Assembly: GCA_965197645.1 (NCBI GenBank)
Contig: OZ240219.1
Coordinates: 128,001 to 192,000 of the forward strand
DNA length: 64,000 bases
Origin: Dehalococcoidia bacterium
Lineage (GTDB): Bacteria; Chloroflexota; Dehalococcoidia; Plut-88900
Direction: 5' to 3'
The position numbers were made by a program, and so were the translations under genes. This document shows, in pieces, positions 20,128 to 30,828 of this stretch. Under the pieces are notes generated by a model. That model ran no database searches. It was not told where the DNA came from and worked only from the letters and a program-made list of their open reading frames with translations. Positions within the stretch are counted from its first letter, which is position 1; the number at the start of each line of letters is the position of its first letter.

Positions 20128-21000
20128 TTACCCCCTGGCTCGCTCGATGGCGGTGTTTAAGGCTCGACGGGTCAGCACTTCGCAGAGGTGCTTGCGGAAC
20201 TCGATGGTACCGCGCATATCTGTTATCGGTACCGCGGCATCCCTGGCGAGGTTGGAAGCCGTCCGGATGGCCTCGTCGCTGACGGCCTGGCCTGCCAGCG
20301 CGTCTCCGGCCTCCCTTACGAACAACGGCGTCGGAGCCACCGATGCCAGGGAAACCCGGGCCGACTGGATGGTGCTGCCATCATCGCTCAGGTTTACGGA
20401 CACGCCCGCACCGGCCACGGCGATGTCCATCTCGTTTCTGGGAATGAAGCGGATGTATCGCCCTCCGGAACGGGCGGCCGGCGCAGGTATGCTTAATGAT
20501 ACAAGCATCTCGCCCGCCTGGAGAACGTTCCGGCCGGGTCCTGTGCAAAAGTCCTCGACCCCTACCTGCCGGCTCCCATTGCTGCCGGCTATGTTGCAGG
20601 TGGCGCTCAGAGCGATCAGAGCGGGTATGGTATCGCCGCTGGGGGCGGCATTGCATAGGTTACCACCAACCGAGGCCCGCCCCTGTATCTGGATGCCGCC
20701 GATGATTCGGGCCGCATCTATCAGAGCGGGGTAGGCTTCCGCTATGGCCGCATCGTTGTATATCTGGTAGCAGGGTACAGCGGCGCCCAGCGTAAGCCCC
20801 GAACTCGGGTCGTAGCTGAGCTCGCTAAGCTCCGGGATGTCCTTGACGTTCACCAGTACATCCGGCAGCTTTCGATTCGTCCTGAGTTGAATCAGGATAT
20901 CCGTGCCGCCGGCCAGCACCTGGGCTTGGCCCCCATTCGCTGAAAGTACGCTTACAGCCTCCGAAACGGTCTGTGGATTTTCGTAGTCAATCCATTTCAA
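20128..21000 (-). CDS. FAD-binding subunit of Mo-hydroxylase (CoxM-type)
   Basis: LAGGTD, ASVGGNLCNAAPSGD, PITDMRG. Confidence 0.92.
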   Translation of the reverse strand: MKWIDYENPQTVSEAVSVLSANGGQAQVLAGGTDILIQLRTNRKLPDVLVNVKDIPELSELSYDPSSGLTLGAAVPCYQIYNDAAIAEAYPALIDAARIIGGIQIQGRASVGGNLCNAAPSGDTIPALIALSATCNIAGSNGSRQVGVEDFCTGPGRNVLQAGEMLVSLSIPAPAARSGGRYIRFIPRNEMDIAVAGAGVSVNLSDDGSTIQSARVSLASVAPTPLFVREAGDALAGQAVSDEAIRTASNLARDAAVPITDMRGTIEFRKHLCEVLTRRALNTAIERARG

Positions 21001-21385
21001 TTGCCGCCCTCCTTTCCCCTCGTTCAGGAAGTTTAGTTAGCCTGTGCCTGAAGAGAGTTGCGCTTTTCTGGATTGTTCCCCAACTCGCTGCCCATCCGTG
21101 GGTCTCTCCACGGCGTGTGAAGCAAGCTGGGATGATTTTACACGCTAAGATGCGATATGGCTAGAGTCCACAGGGTCTATTTGACCTGGAATCCCGATGT
21201 TAGCCAATCCCGCCGATCTTAATCATAGCCAGACCGGCTACAGCCCGGTGACCGAAAGATGGCTCAACGGGGCCGAAGGCCTGAGGGCCGGAAGGCGCCC
21301 CACCGCCTTCCGCTCAACCCGGCTACAGTCGAAATCACCCCGGCTATGGTTGTTGGATGTTCGGTAGTGTATCATCCCACAGACC

Positions 21386-22639
21386 ATGAAGACTGCAGCA
21401 CCAGCAAGCGTAGCTGACACCTCATACCCCGTGTATCGCTGGGTAGTTCTGGCGGCCTGGATCTTGCCGCACGTCTGGGGTTTTGTCGTCATGGAGAGCA
21501 TCGGGTTCTTACTCCCCAGCATGAAGGAAGAGTTGGGCCTGAGCCCCATCCAGGAAGGTCTCATCGGAGCGGCGCCGAGGATCGGCAGCATGATCCTGGC
21601 TATACCCTTTGGCTGGCTGCTGTCCCGGATGAGGCCCAAGCTTCTGACCTCACTGAGCCTGTTCATCGGAGCGCTGCTCATCTTCTTCCAGGGATGGGCG
21701 CCTTTCTTCTTCTACCTGTTCCTGGGCAGACTGCTGTTCGGCATCGCCTCCATAGCCCGGGAGCCGGCGAGAGCACTGTTAATGAGACAGTGGGTGCCGC
21801 CGAAAGAAGTGGTGATAGTAAATGCACTGATGAGTTTCCTATTCGGGATAGTCGCCATCGGATTCATCCTTACGCCGATCATTCTGGAGTGGCTGGACAA
21901 CAGCTGGCGAGACACATTCTACTTGTACGGAGCGCTCTCTCTCGGTCTTGCCGTCCTGTGGCAGGTGTTGGGCAAGGAGCGCCACACCGTCACCTTCGAG
22001 GAAGAGATGAAGTCCCAGATAGGGAATCCCCTACGCAGCATTATGAAGTACAAAGACCTGTGGACGGTGGGGCTCATGATGGGCGGCACCAGCATCACCT
22101 GGACTGCCTTTGCCACCTTCTGGCCCGGCTACATGGAGGACACCTACGACATGTCCCTTACGACCGTCGGGTACATTATTGGAACCGGCGGCCTGGTCTC
22201 TTCCGTAGCAGGGGTAGGGGTAGCCCTGCTGGTAGTCTACTCAGGTCGCAAGAGACAAGTCCTGTTGTTGACCGGTCTCCTGCTGGTAGGTCCTCACATC
22301 GTTATGCTATGGACCGGTTCAGTCCCGATTCTGATTGGCGTGCAGCTGATCGCCGGGTTGGGGTGGGCTTTCTACCCGGTAGCGATGACCGTACCCTTTG
22401 AGCTCTCGAGAATCAAGCCGCGGGAGATAGCGGTGGCGATAGGGTTCATGGAGACCCTTACTTGGATCGGAATGTTCATCGGCCCTCTCCTTGCCGGTGG
22501 AATTGAAGAGGTGACGGACGATCGAAGGCTGGCGCTGTTTGTATGCTCCTTCTTCGTGTTGACGCTGACCTTCGGCGGGTTGTTGCTGCCCCGGTCCTGG
22601 GACAAGCCGGTGCAAGAGATCCAGCCTGCCCACGCCTAG
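21386..22639 (+). CDS. MFS transporter
   Basis: About 12 TM segments; YRWVVL N-terminus; LFLGRLLFG. Confidence 0.85.
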   Translation: MKTAAPASVADTSYPVYRWVVLAAWILPHVWGFVVMESIGFLLPSMKEELGLSPIQEGLIGAAPRIGSMILAIPFGWLLSRMRPKLLTSLSLFIGALLIFFQGWAPFFFYLFLGRLLFGIASIAREPARALLMRQWVPPKEVVIVNALMSFLFGIVAIGFILTPIILEWLDNSWRDTFYLYGALSLGLAVLWQVLGKERHTVTFEEEMKSQIGNPLRSIMKYKDLWTVGLMMGGTSITWTAFATFWPGYMEDTYDMSLTTVGYIIGTGGLVSSVAGVGVALLVVYSGRKRQVLLLTGLLLVGPHIVMLWTGSVPILIGVQLIAGLGWAFYPVAMTVPFELSRIKPREIAVAIGFMETLTWIGMFIGPLLAGGIEEVTDDRRLALFVCSFFVLTLTFGGLLLPRSWDKPVQEIQPAHA

Positions 22640-22679
22640 GCCGCTCCCCAAACCCCAACACGCAGGCCTGCTACAGGCC

Positions 22680-23759
22680 CTATTGCGCTTTAATCAGGGC
22701 TTGGCAGAAGCGGGCGGTATCCACCAGGTCCGGGATCAATACGTACTCGCGGGTGGTATGCATCTCGTTGGTGGACATGCCCACCACCACCGAAGGAATG
22801 CCGTGCTCCATCATCACGTTGCCATCGGTGCCGCCGCCCGTGGGAGCGAGGACCGGCGTCAGTCCCATCGACTCCATGGTGCCGGTGGCCAGGCGAACGA
22901 TCTCGTCATCGGCGGATAGGTTGTACATGCGGAACTCTACGCCGAACTCCTCGTCGATGGTTGCTTCCTCGTACTTCTCCTTGGCCCTGGTGAAGACCTC
23001 GTTCATCTGGAGCTTGAGCAGGTCCAGGGTCTCCAGGTTACGGCTGCGGAACTCGCCGGAGAAGGAGGCGTTTTCTGGGACGGCGTTGCGCACGCTGCCG
23101 CCCGAGATGACACCGACGTTGATGGTGGTCTCTTCGTCCAGACGTCCTTGGGGAAGCTCGTTGATGATTTCGGAGGCGATCTTTATGGCGGACAGCCCCT
23201 TCTCGGGCTCGACGCCTGCATGAGCGGAGCGGCCGGTGATGTTCACATCGAAGGCGATGTAGGTGGGACTGGCCGAGGTTACCGTGCTGACGGGCCCATT
23301 GCCATCGAAGACAACGGCCTCCGCAGCCTTGATCATCGAGTAGTCCATAGCCTTCGCCCCCTCGAGCCCGACCTCCTCGCCGCGAGTGAAAGCGAGTTGG
23401 ACGGGCCGCCGAGCCGCGTCGTCCTCGTGGACCGATTCGAGGGCCTCTATGATGGCGGAGACACCGGCCTTGCAATCGCCGCCCAGGATGGTGGTGCCAT
23501 CGGAAACTACCCTGTCTCCCTCGACGCGAGGCTTTATGCCGCGACCGGGCTCCACCGTGTCCAGGTGGGCGGAGAGGAGAAGGGGGGCATCGCCCTCCTC
23601 GTGGGCGATCAGGTTGCCGTGGGCGTCTCGCTCAGGGGTGAAGCCCAGCTTTTCGAGACGCCTGGCCAGCTCCTGGGCCATCTCCTCTTCCTCGCCGGAG
23701 GGACTGTCTATCCGGACCAGGTCGCAGAAGGTCTTAACCAGGCGGTCTTGGTTGATCAT
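22680..23759 (-). CDS. M20 family peptidase T-like metallohydrolase
   Basis: SAHLDTV, GGDCKAG, GEEVGL, GRSAHAG, MHTTRE. Confidence 0.9.
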   Translation of the reverse strand: MINQDRLVKTFCDLVRIDSPSGEEEEMAQELARRLEKLGFTPERDAHGNLIAHEEGDAPLLLSAHLDTVEPGRGIKPRVEGDRVVSDGTTILGGDCKAGVSAIIEALESVHEDDAARRPVQLAFTRGEEVGLEGAKAMDYSMIKAAEAVVFDGNGPVSTVTSASPTYIAFDVNITGRSAHAGVEPEKGLSAIKIASEIINELPQGRLDEETTINVGVISGGSVRNAVPENASFSGEFRSRNLETLDLLKLQMNEVFTRAKEKYEEATIDEEFGVEFRMYNLSADDEIVRLATGTMESMGLTPVLAPTGGGTDGNVMMEHGIPSVVVGMSTNEMHTTREYVLIPDLVDTARFCQALIKAQ

Positions 23760-23812
23760 CTATCGCCTCTTCGATTGAGTTTGCCGGCTCTGGCCCAAAA
23801 ATGCCGGTGATG

Positions 23813-24997
23813 TTACTTTCTGTACTGTTCCATCTTCCCCATGCGCTCCCGGACTATCTCCAGGGTTTCCAGCTTCTTGGGGAAGGCAAACCGAACGAAC
23901 TTCTTGCCGCGCTCGGCCTCCAGGTAGAAAGCGCGGCCGGGCACCGGGGTGACGCCTATGGACTCGGCCATGAACATGGAGAACTCCAGATCGTCGTAGA
24001 TGCCGCAGTCGGGATACTCGGTCATCACGTAGTAGGCGCCCTTGGGCGTGACGTAATCGAACCCAGCCTCGCCGATGATGGACAGGGTCATGTCCCGTCG
24101 AGCCTGGTAGCCCTTGGCCAGCTCTTCGTAGTAGCTGGGCGGGAATGCCATGCCGTGTACCATCGCCTGCTGAAGGGGTGCTGCGGCCCCGACGGTCAGG
24201 AAGTCGTGGGCGCGGCGTATGGAAGTGGATATCTCTTCATCCAGCGCGATGGCCCAGCCGATGCGCCAGCCGGTGACGCTGTAGGTCTTGGACACGCTGT
24301 TTATCGTGACCGTTCGCCTCTCCATGCCGGGCAGGGAAGCGATGCTGACGTGCTCTGCATCGTCGAACAGGATGTGCTCGTAGGGTTCGTCGCAGAAAAC
24401 GAGGGCGTCGTGCTCGATGACCAGGTCTGCTATCGTCTGCAGCTCCTCCCGCGAGTAGACCTTGCCGGTAGGGTTATGGGGAGTATTGACGACTACGGCC
24501 TTGGTATTGGCAGAGAAGGCGTTCCTCAGCTCATCGGGATCAAAGACGAAGGAGTCTCCCTCCCGTCTCAACGCAACGTGGACCGGCTTGCCCCCGGACA
24601 TCAGGGTGTCCGGGTTGTAGTTTTCGTAGAAGGGCTCGAAGATGATGATCTCGTCGCCCTGGTTCACGCAACCCAGCATGGTGGCCATCATCGCCTCGGT
24701 GCCGCCACAGGTAACCGTGATATGGGCATCAGGTGCGACGGTCAGGCCGTTGTACCACTGGAACTTCTCTGCGATGGCTTTTCGGAAAGCGGGGGCACCC
24801 CAGGTGATCGCGTACTGGTTAAAATCCCCGTCCAGGGCATCTTTGGCCGCTTGGACCAACGCCTGGGGAGGATCGAAGTCGGGAAAGCCCTGGGCCATGT
24901 TTACTCCGCCGAGGCCGTTGTTGATCCGGGTCATGTCCCGGATGATGGACTCGGTAAAGTGGCCGACTCGATCGGCGGTGTGGGTTCTGCTGACCAA
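23813..24997 (-). CDS. PLP-dependent aminotransferase class I/II (YbdL-like)
   Basis: NMAQGFPDF, NTPHNPTG, DEPY, SVSKTYSVTGWRIG. Confidence 0.92.
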   Translation of the reverse strand: MVSRTHTADRVGHFTESIIRDMTRINNGLGGVNMAQGFPDFDPPQALVQAAKDALDGDFNQYAITWGAPAFRKAIAEKFQWYNGLTVAPDAHITVTCGGTEAMMATMLGCVNQGDEIIIFEPFYENYNPDTLMSGGKPVHVALRREGDSFVFDPDELRNAFSANTKAVVVNTPHNPTGKVYSREELQTIADLVIEHDALVFCDEPYEHILFDDAEHVSIASLPGMERRTVTINSVSKTYSVTGWRIGWAIALDEEISTSIRRAHDFLTVGAAAPLQQAMVHGMAFPPSYYEELAKGYQARRDMTLSIIGEAGFDYVTPKGAYYVMTEYPDCGIYDDLEFSMFMAESIGVTPVPGRAFYLEAERGKKFVRFAFPKKLETLEIVRERMGKMEQYRK

Positions 24998-25139
24998 CTG
25001 CTTGGCGCCTCCGGCGGGGCGTATTCTATCACGTCCCCATTGACCCGTTCTATTATTGGTTGCGATGGCATCGGGCCGTGTCTATAATATCTTCCGTCAC
25101 TTTATGGCAAGAGGTTCGTAGACTCAGGGGGAGGACGGC

Positions 25140-26249
25140 ATGAGCTATCGTACCATCTCCGCAGACTGTCACCTGGATATCACCTGGCTGCCCCCGGACG
25201 CCTTTACCGCCAGGTCTCCGGCGGACATGAAGGGCCGGGTGCCCCTCGTCCAAGAGGACTCGAACGGCGTCAAGTACTGGTGGGTCGATGGCCAACGTAT
25301 GGAGGGGGGACGAGTGGGATGGTACGGTCCCGGGACCAACGGAGGTAAGCGTGCAGAGGTGCTGGTCCGCGAAGGGTTTACCAAAGGGGACCTGCGCTGC
25401 TCCAACTTCGAACAGCGGAAGGCCGACATGGTCCGGGACGGCATAGACTCCGAGGTAGTGTATGGAATCCTGGCCGTCGACCGGAGCATCCCCGATAAGA
25501 AGGTGCTGGAAACGACCTACAAGGCCTACAACACCTTCGCCTCCGAGTGGCAGCAGCACGATCCCGAATGGCTGGTGCCCATAGCTGAAATCCCCAACCA
25601 CGATGGACAGGTCGCTGCTGAGGAGCTGCGTAGAGCCAAGGAGATAGGGTTGCGTGGCGCCGAGTTCGCTCCGGCTACGATGTCCAAGCCCCTGTGGGAC
25701 GATGAGTGGGTCCCCCTATGGGAGGCCATGGAAGACACCCAGCTATCTCTAGCGTTTCACGCCTTCAACATCTCGATCAGCTTCTCCGAGACTGAGCATC
25801 CCGCTGCAGCCGGCGCCCACCTGGTTCTGGCCCCCTGTCGGGCGGATGAGGTGTTGTGCGTGCTGATCCTCTCGGGGCTGCTGGAGCGATATCCCCGGGC
25901 TCAGATGATCCTGGGGGAGAGCGGCATAGGCTGGATACCCTACATGCTGGAACGGTTGGACTACTCCTACGATCGCCGGCTGAGAGAGCTCGACCTGGCC
26001 ATGATGCCCTCGGAGTACTTCAAGCGGCAGGTCTCTGCCACCTACATCCAGGACTACTGGGGCACGAAGGCGATGTGGGAGCTGGGTTACCTGGACAACA
26101 TCATGTGGTCCACCGATTACCCGCACCGGGACAGCACCTGGCCCGATTCCATGGAGAACATGGACCTGACCTTCGAAGGCCTACCGGAAGAGGTCAAGAA
26201 GGCGTGCATCTACGATAACGTAGTGCGCACCTACGGACTGACGGCCTAG
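25140..26249 (+). CDS. amidohydrolase_2 family protein
   Basis: ISADCH, ESGIGWIP, MWSTDYPHRD. Confidence 0.88.
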   Translation: MSYRTISADCHLDITWLPPDAFTARSPADMKGRVPLVQEDSNGVKYWWVDGQRMEGGRVGWYGPGTNGGKRAEVLVREGFTKGDLRCSNFEQRKADMVRDGIDSEVVYGILAVDRSIPDKKVLETTYKAYNTFASEWQQHDPEWLVPIAEIPNHDGQVAAEELRRAKEIGLRGAEFAPATMSKPLWDDEWVPLWEAMEDTQLSLAFHAFNISISFSETEHPAAAGAHLVLAPCRADEVLCVLILSGLLERYPRAQMILGESGIGWIPYMLERLDYSYDRRLRELDLAMMPSEYFKRQVSATYIQDYWGTKAMWELGYLDNIMWSTDYPHRDSTWPDSMENMDLTFEGLPEEVKKACIYDNVVRTYGLTA

Positions 26250-26695
26250 CCCTCCACCTCGACGATCATCTCGATCTCGATGCACGCGTTGATGGGCAGA
26301 CCGGCCATGCCCACCGCCGAGCGAGCGTGCCGTCCCCTGTCTCCGTAGAGCTCCACCAGCAGGTCAGAGCCGCCGTTGGCTACGGCGGGTTGATCGCCGA
26401 AGCCGGAAGCCGAGTTCACCATGCACAGCAGCTTGACCACGCGGGTCACTTTGTCCAGGTCGCCGATCTCCGCCTTCAACGAACCCAGACAGGCCAGCAT
26501 GGTCCTCCGGGCTGACTGGCAGCCCTGCTCAATCGATATCTCGGCGCCAAGCTGGCCGATGTTATCGGTGTCGCCGATGTGACCGGACACGAACACCAGG
26601 TTTCCGGTGCGTACCGTGGGTACGTAGTTGGCGATGGGCGCCGACGTTTCCGGCAGGCTCAGGCCCATCTCCTCGATCTTCTTTTCGATCTCCAA
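26246..26695 (-). CDS. RidA/YjgF family protein
   Basis: ANYVPTVRTGNLVFVSG, VANGGSDLL, GRHARSAVG. Confidence 0.9.
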   Translation of the reverse strand: MEIEKKIEEMGLSLPETSAPIANYVPTVRTGNLVFVSGHIGDTDNIGQLGAEISIEQGCQSARRTMLACLGSLKAEIGDLDKVTRVVKLLCMVNSASGFGDQPAVANGGSDLLVELYGDRGRHARSAVGMAGLPINACIEIEMIVEVEG

Positions 26696-26768
26696 TGCTC
26701 TCCTCCTATGCCAGGTGGTCCCTGTGGGACGTAACGGCGGCCCGGCGGTAGACTAAAGTGTATCTGAA

Positions 26769-26864
26769 GGACTCCCTCGATGTGAGGTTATGAGACGGGC
26801 TGCGGGCAGGGCCGGTAAAGGGACAGAGCCCCGGTGCACACCCCATGCTTCATTAGTCGGTTAG
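26769..26864. repeat. composite of a family B end and a degenerate family A end
   Basis: GGACTCCCTCGATG..TTATGAGACGGGCT matches 34868-34900; TGCACACCCC..TTCAT..GTTAG matches 62507-62536. Confidence 0.5.
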
Positions 26865-27673
26865 TGGGCCACGAAGGCTCCGCCGTCCATGTTGATCGAC
26901 TGGCCGTGGATCCAGGAGGCGGCCTTGGTGCACAGGTAAGCGATGAAGTCTCCGACCTCGTCGTCGGTGCCGAGACGACCTATGGGAGTCGATTCCTCGG
27001 TCTCCTCTACCCAATCGCCCACCTTGAGACCGTCGATCCTGGACGTATCGACCCAGCCGGGACAGACGCAGTTCACGTTGATATCGTACTTGCCCAGCTC
27101 CGCGGCCATGGACTGGGTCATGCCCACCTGGGCGAAGTTTCCCGCGTTATAGGCCAGCGTCTCCTCGGCGCCCACCTTGCCGGCCACGGAGGCGATGTTG
27201 ACTATCTTTCCGCCCTCGCCCTGTTTGACCAGCTGCCCGACTACGGCTTTGCTGCACAGGTAGGTGCCACCGATCTTGATATCGATAACCCTTTGAAACA
27301 CGCCGTCGTCCAGCTCGAGTATGGGCACCCGGTCCGGCCCCCTGGCGTAGGCGGCGTTATTGATCAGAATATCCACCCGACCCAGCTCTTTGACGGTGGT
27401 GTCCACCATCTCGTTGACCTGGTCGGCGTCGGACACGTCCACTACCAGGGGCAAGGAGCGTCTGCCCAACTCCCGGACTTGAGCGGCCGCGCTTTCGATA
27501 TCCTTCCACCCGACGGCCTTCTCGTCCTCCGGGTACCTGGATGGGTCACGGCCCGTGCCGGTGACCACCACGTCTGCGCCCAGCTTTGCCAGGGAAACGG
27601 CGGAGGCGCGGCCTATGCCACGCATCCGTCCCGCTCCGGTAACTATCGCCACCTTGCCGGCCAGCTCTCCCAT
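26861..27673 (-). CDS. SDR family oxidoreductase (close paralog of 8163-8975)
   Basis: IVTGAGRMRGIG, DILINNA; active-site motif YNAGN. Confidence 0.9.
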   Translation of the reverse strand: MGELAGKVAIVTGAGRMRGIGRASAVSLAKLGADVVVTGTGRDPSRYPEDEKAVGWKDIESAAAQVRELGRRSLPLVVDVSDADQVNEMVDTTVKELGRVDILINNAAYARGPDRVPILELDDGVFQRVIDIKIGGTYLCSKAVVGQLVKQGEGGKIVNIASVAGKVGAEETLAYNAGNFAQVGMTQSMAAELGKYDINVNCVCPGWVDTSRIDGLKVGDWVEETEESTPIGRLGTDDEVGDFIAYLCTKAASWIHGQSINMDGGAFVAH

Positions 27674-27678
27674 GACCA

Positions 27679-30381
27679 CTACTCCTTTTCACCGAGAATG
27701 CGTCGTAGGACGTACTGAAGGACGCCTCCGTGCCGGTAGTACTCCAGCTCTATGGGTACGTCTATCCGGGCAATGGCGGAGAAGACCAGCGAGGTTCCGT
27801 CCGGCCTGGTAGCCGTGACCGTTACCTCCTTGCCGACCTCCAACCCTCCGGCTATCCCCTCGAAATCGAACGTATCGGCGCCGGTCAAACCCAGGCTCTC
27901 CCTGTTCTCACCATCCTTGAACTGAAGGGGTAGAACACCCATGCCCACCAGGTTGCTGCGGTGGATACGCTCATAGCTTTCGGCGATGGTGGCCTTGATG
28001 CCCAGGAGATACGGGCCTTTGGCGGCCCAGTCTCGTGAGCTGCCCGAGCCGTACTCCCGGCCAGCGATGACGATGGTCGGAACGTCGGCGGCCCTGTACC
28101 TCTCCGATGCGTCGAAGATGGTCATTTCCTCGCCATCCGGTTGGTGGGTGGTCCAGCCTCCCTCGGTGCCCGGCGCCATAAGGTTTCGAAGCCTTACGTT
28201 GGCGAAGGTGCCTCGCATCATAAGCTCATGGTTACCCCTTCGGGAGCCGTAGGAGTTGAACCCTCCGGCTTCGACCCCCCGCTCGATAAGATACCGTCCA
28301 GCGGGGCCATCGGCCGGGATGCTACCAGCCGGAGAGATGTGGTCCGTGGTCACCGAGTCCCCCAGGATGGCCAGGACACGAGCGCCCTTGATATCGGAAG
28401 AGGCCGGGGGCTCCGGGGGCAGGTCCTGGAAGATCGGCAGCTCCCGGATGTAGGTCGAACTGTCGTCCCAGGCATAGAGGCCGCCTTCGGGGACCGGGAG
28501 ATCGCGCCACTCGTCGTCACCCTGGAAAACGCCAGCGTATCTGTCCTTGTATATCTCAGGAGTGAGGGACTGCTTCATAGCCTCGCGGATCTGGTCCAGG
28601 GTGGGCCAGATGTCTCGCAGGTAGATCGATTGACCATCGATGTCCTGACCGAGGGGATCGGTGGTGAGGTCGACGTCCACGCGTCCGGCTAGGGCATAGG
28701 CGACCACCAGCATGGGAGAGGCCAGGTAGTTGGCCTTGGCTAGGGGGTGCACCCGCCCTTCGAAGTTGCGGTTGCCGCTTAGGACTGCAGCGACGACGAG
28801 ATCGTTATCGGAGACGGCCTGGGCAACAGGCTCCGCCAGCGGGCCGCTGTTGCCGATACAGGTGGTACAGCCGTATCCCACTACGTGAAACCCCAGCTCC
28901 TCCAGATAGGGCAGCAGCCCGGAGACGGTCAGGTAGTCGGAGACGACCCTGGAGCCGGGAGCGAGGCTGGTCTTGACCCAAGGCTTGGCGGACAGTCCCT
29001 TCTCCGTCGCATTTCGAGCCAGGAGGCCGGCGCCCAGCATCACCGATGGGTTGGAGGTGTTGGTGCAGCTGGTTATCGCGGCGATGACCACCGAGCCGTG
29101 GTCCAATGTAGCCTCATGGCCGTTCAGTTTGACGCGGGAGGGTTCGCTTGTTGTCGACTTATCGTAGACCTCACCGAGGGTGATCCGGAAGGAGCTCTTC
29201 ATATCGGCCAGCAACACCCGGTCCTGGGGTCGCTTGGGGCCGGCAAGGCTGGGCTCCACTGTGCCGATGTCAAGCTCCAACAGGTCGGAGAACCCCGGCT
29301 CAGGAGCATCCTCCGTGCGGAAGAGGCCCTGAGACTTGGCGTAGCGCTCGACCAGGTCCACGTGCTCGGCCTCGCGTCCGGTGCCCCGGAGATAGGCTAT
29401 GGTCTCCTCGTCCGTGGGGAAGAAGCCGACGGTGGCGCCGTACTCGGGGCACATGTTGGCTATGGTAGCCCTATCGGGCAGGGAGAGGCTGGACAGACCC
29501 GATCCACTGAACTCCACGAACTTGCCGACAACTCCTCGCTCCCTGATCATCTGGGTCACGGTCAACACCAGATCGGTGGCAGTAGCGCCCTCTTTGAGGG
29601 AACCGGTGAGGCGGAACCCCACAACCTCAGGGATGAGCATGTAGTAGGGTTGTCCCAGGAGGACAGCCTCTGCCTCGATGCCGCCCACGCCCCAGCCCAG
29701 GATGCTCAGACCGTTGATCATGGTTGTGTGGGAATCGGTGCCCACTACGGTGTCGGGAAAGGCGATGGATCGGTCTCCTGCACGCTTGGTGGAAACAACC
29801 CGTCCCAGGTACTCCAGGTTCACCTGGTGCACGATGCCGGCGCCCGGTGGGACCACCCGCAGGTTGTCGAAGGCGCCCTGGGCCCAGCGAAGTAGAGCGT
29901 ACCTCTCGCCGTTGCGTTGATACTCCATAGCGACGTTGCGGGCGAAGGCATCGGCCATGCCGGAGAAATCGACCTGGACGGAATGGTCGATAACGAGGTC
30001 GGCATCAACTAGGGGATTTATGGTGGCGGGATCGCCGCCCAGCCTCTGCATCGCCGACCGCATGGCCGCCAGGTCCACGATGGCCGGGACTCCCGTGAAG
30101 TCTTGCATCAGCACCCGTCCGGGCATGAAGGGGATATCCCCGCGGGCAAGATTGTCGGGTGTCCAGCCAGCGAGGGCCACTACGTCGTCCTCGGACACGA
30201 TGCCCTGGCCGCTGTGCCGGAGGGCGTTCTCCAACAGGACGCGGATGGAGTAAGGCAGTGCCGAGAGCTGGATGCCCTGGTTGGCGCCAAGCTTTTCCAG
30301 GCTATAGTAGTCGTGGTTGCCCTCAGAGGTCTCGAGGGTGGAGATAACACCTAAGGGATCGACCGGATTAGTCATCAGCAT
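27679..30381 (-). CDS. acnA: aconitate hydratase A
   Basis: [51 protein letters not shown]. Confidence 0.97.
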   Translation of the reverse strand: MLMTNPVDPLGVISTLETSEGNHDYYSLEKLGANQGIQLSALPYSIRVLLENALRHSGQGIVSEDDVVALAGWTPDNLARGDIPFMPGRVLMQDFTGVPAIVDLAAMRSAMQRLGGDPATINPLVDADLVIDHSVQVDFSGMADAFARNVAMEYQRNGERYALLRWAQGAFDNLRVVPPGAGIVHQVNLEYLGRVVSTKRAGDRSIAFPDTVVGTDSHTTMINGLSILGWGVGGIEAEAVLLGQPYYMLIPEVVGFRLTGSLKEGATATDLVLTVTQMIRERGVVGKFVEFSGSGLSSLSLPDRATIANMCPEYGATVGFFPTDEETIAYLRGTGREAEHVDLVERYAKSQGLFRTEDAPEPGFSDLLELDIGTVEPSLAGPKRPQDRVLLADMKSSFRITLGEVYDKSTTSEPSRVKLNGHEATLDHGSVVIAAITSCTNTSNPSVMLGAGLLARNATEKGLSAKPWVKTSLAPGSRVVSDYLTVSGLLPYLEELGFHVVGYGCTTCIGNSGPLAEPVAQAVSDNDLVVAAVLSGNRNFEGRVHPLAKANYLASPMLVVAYALAGRVDVDLTTDPLGQDIDGQSIYLRDIWPTLDQIREAMKQSLTPEIYKDRYAGVFQGDDEWRDLPVPEGGLYAWDDSSTYIRELPIFQDLPPEPPASSDIKGARVLAILGDSVTTDHISPAGSIPADGPAGRYLIERGVEAGGFNSYGSRRGNHELMMRGTFANVRLRNLMAPGTEGGWTTHQPDGEEMTIFDASERYRAADVPTIVIAGREYGSGSSRDWAAKGPYLLGIKATIAESYERIHRSNLVGMGVLPLQFKDGENRESLGLTGADTFDFEGIAGGLEVGKEVTVTATRPDGTSLVFSAIARIDVPIELEYYRHGGVLQYVLRRILGEKE

Positions 30382-30516
30382 CTACCGACAGTGGAGTGGG
30401 GTCCCGTCTGATGCGGGACGCCGTGCCAGTATATCACGGCCCCGGGCCGGAGCTCGAAGAGCGCCAGGCAGGGTGTCTTGAGCACTCTGTGAGGCGATGT
30501 ACAAAGAGAAAAGGCA

Positions 30517-30634
30517 CCCGGCAGCGACCTATTTTCCACAAGGGGTTGCCCCCCAAGTATCGTCAGCGCTGAGGTGTTTCACTTCCGTGTTCGGAATGGG
30601 AACGGGTGGGACCACCTCGCTATAGCCACCGCAG
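30517..30634 (-). rRNA. rrf: 5S rRNA (stand-alone)
   Basis: Minus strand GCGGTGGCTATAGCGAGGTGGTCCCACCCGTTCCCATTCCGAACACGGAAGTGAAACACCTCAGCGCTGACGATACT...AATAGGTCGCTGCCG. Confidence 0.95.
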
Positions 30635-30651
30635 TGCCTTTAAGCACAGGA

Positions 30652-30681
30652 ATTCTACCATTCGGGGTAAGAACCGGTCAA
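30652..30681 (-). promoter_or_regulatory. sigma70-type promoter of the 5S rRNA gene
   Basis: TTGACC-N18-TAGAAT with TGG (extended -10) immediately before the -10. Confidence 0.65.
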
Positions 30682-30828
30682 CCTCTAGCCGCCGACGCCT
30701 TAGAGGTCTGATGAGTTCGATTGAACCGCTGAAGGGCCACTGCGGCCCATCTTCTCTCTAACTACGAATAATCGTTTGTAGTTGTTCGGCGACCAAAGCC
30801 ATACGTCGATTTCGTATGACCAATGATT

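Noticed and set aside
30706-30745. Hammerhead ribozyme suggested by CTGATGAG
   Set aside because: No correctly placed GAAA core or supporting stems.
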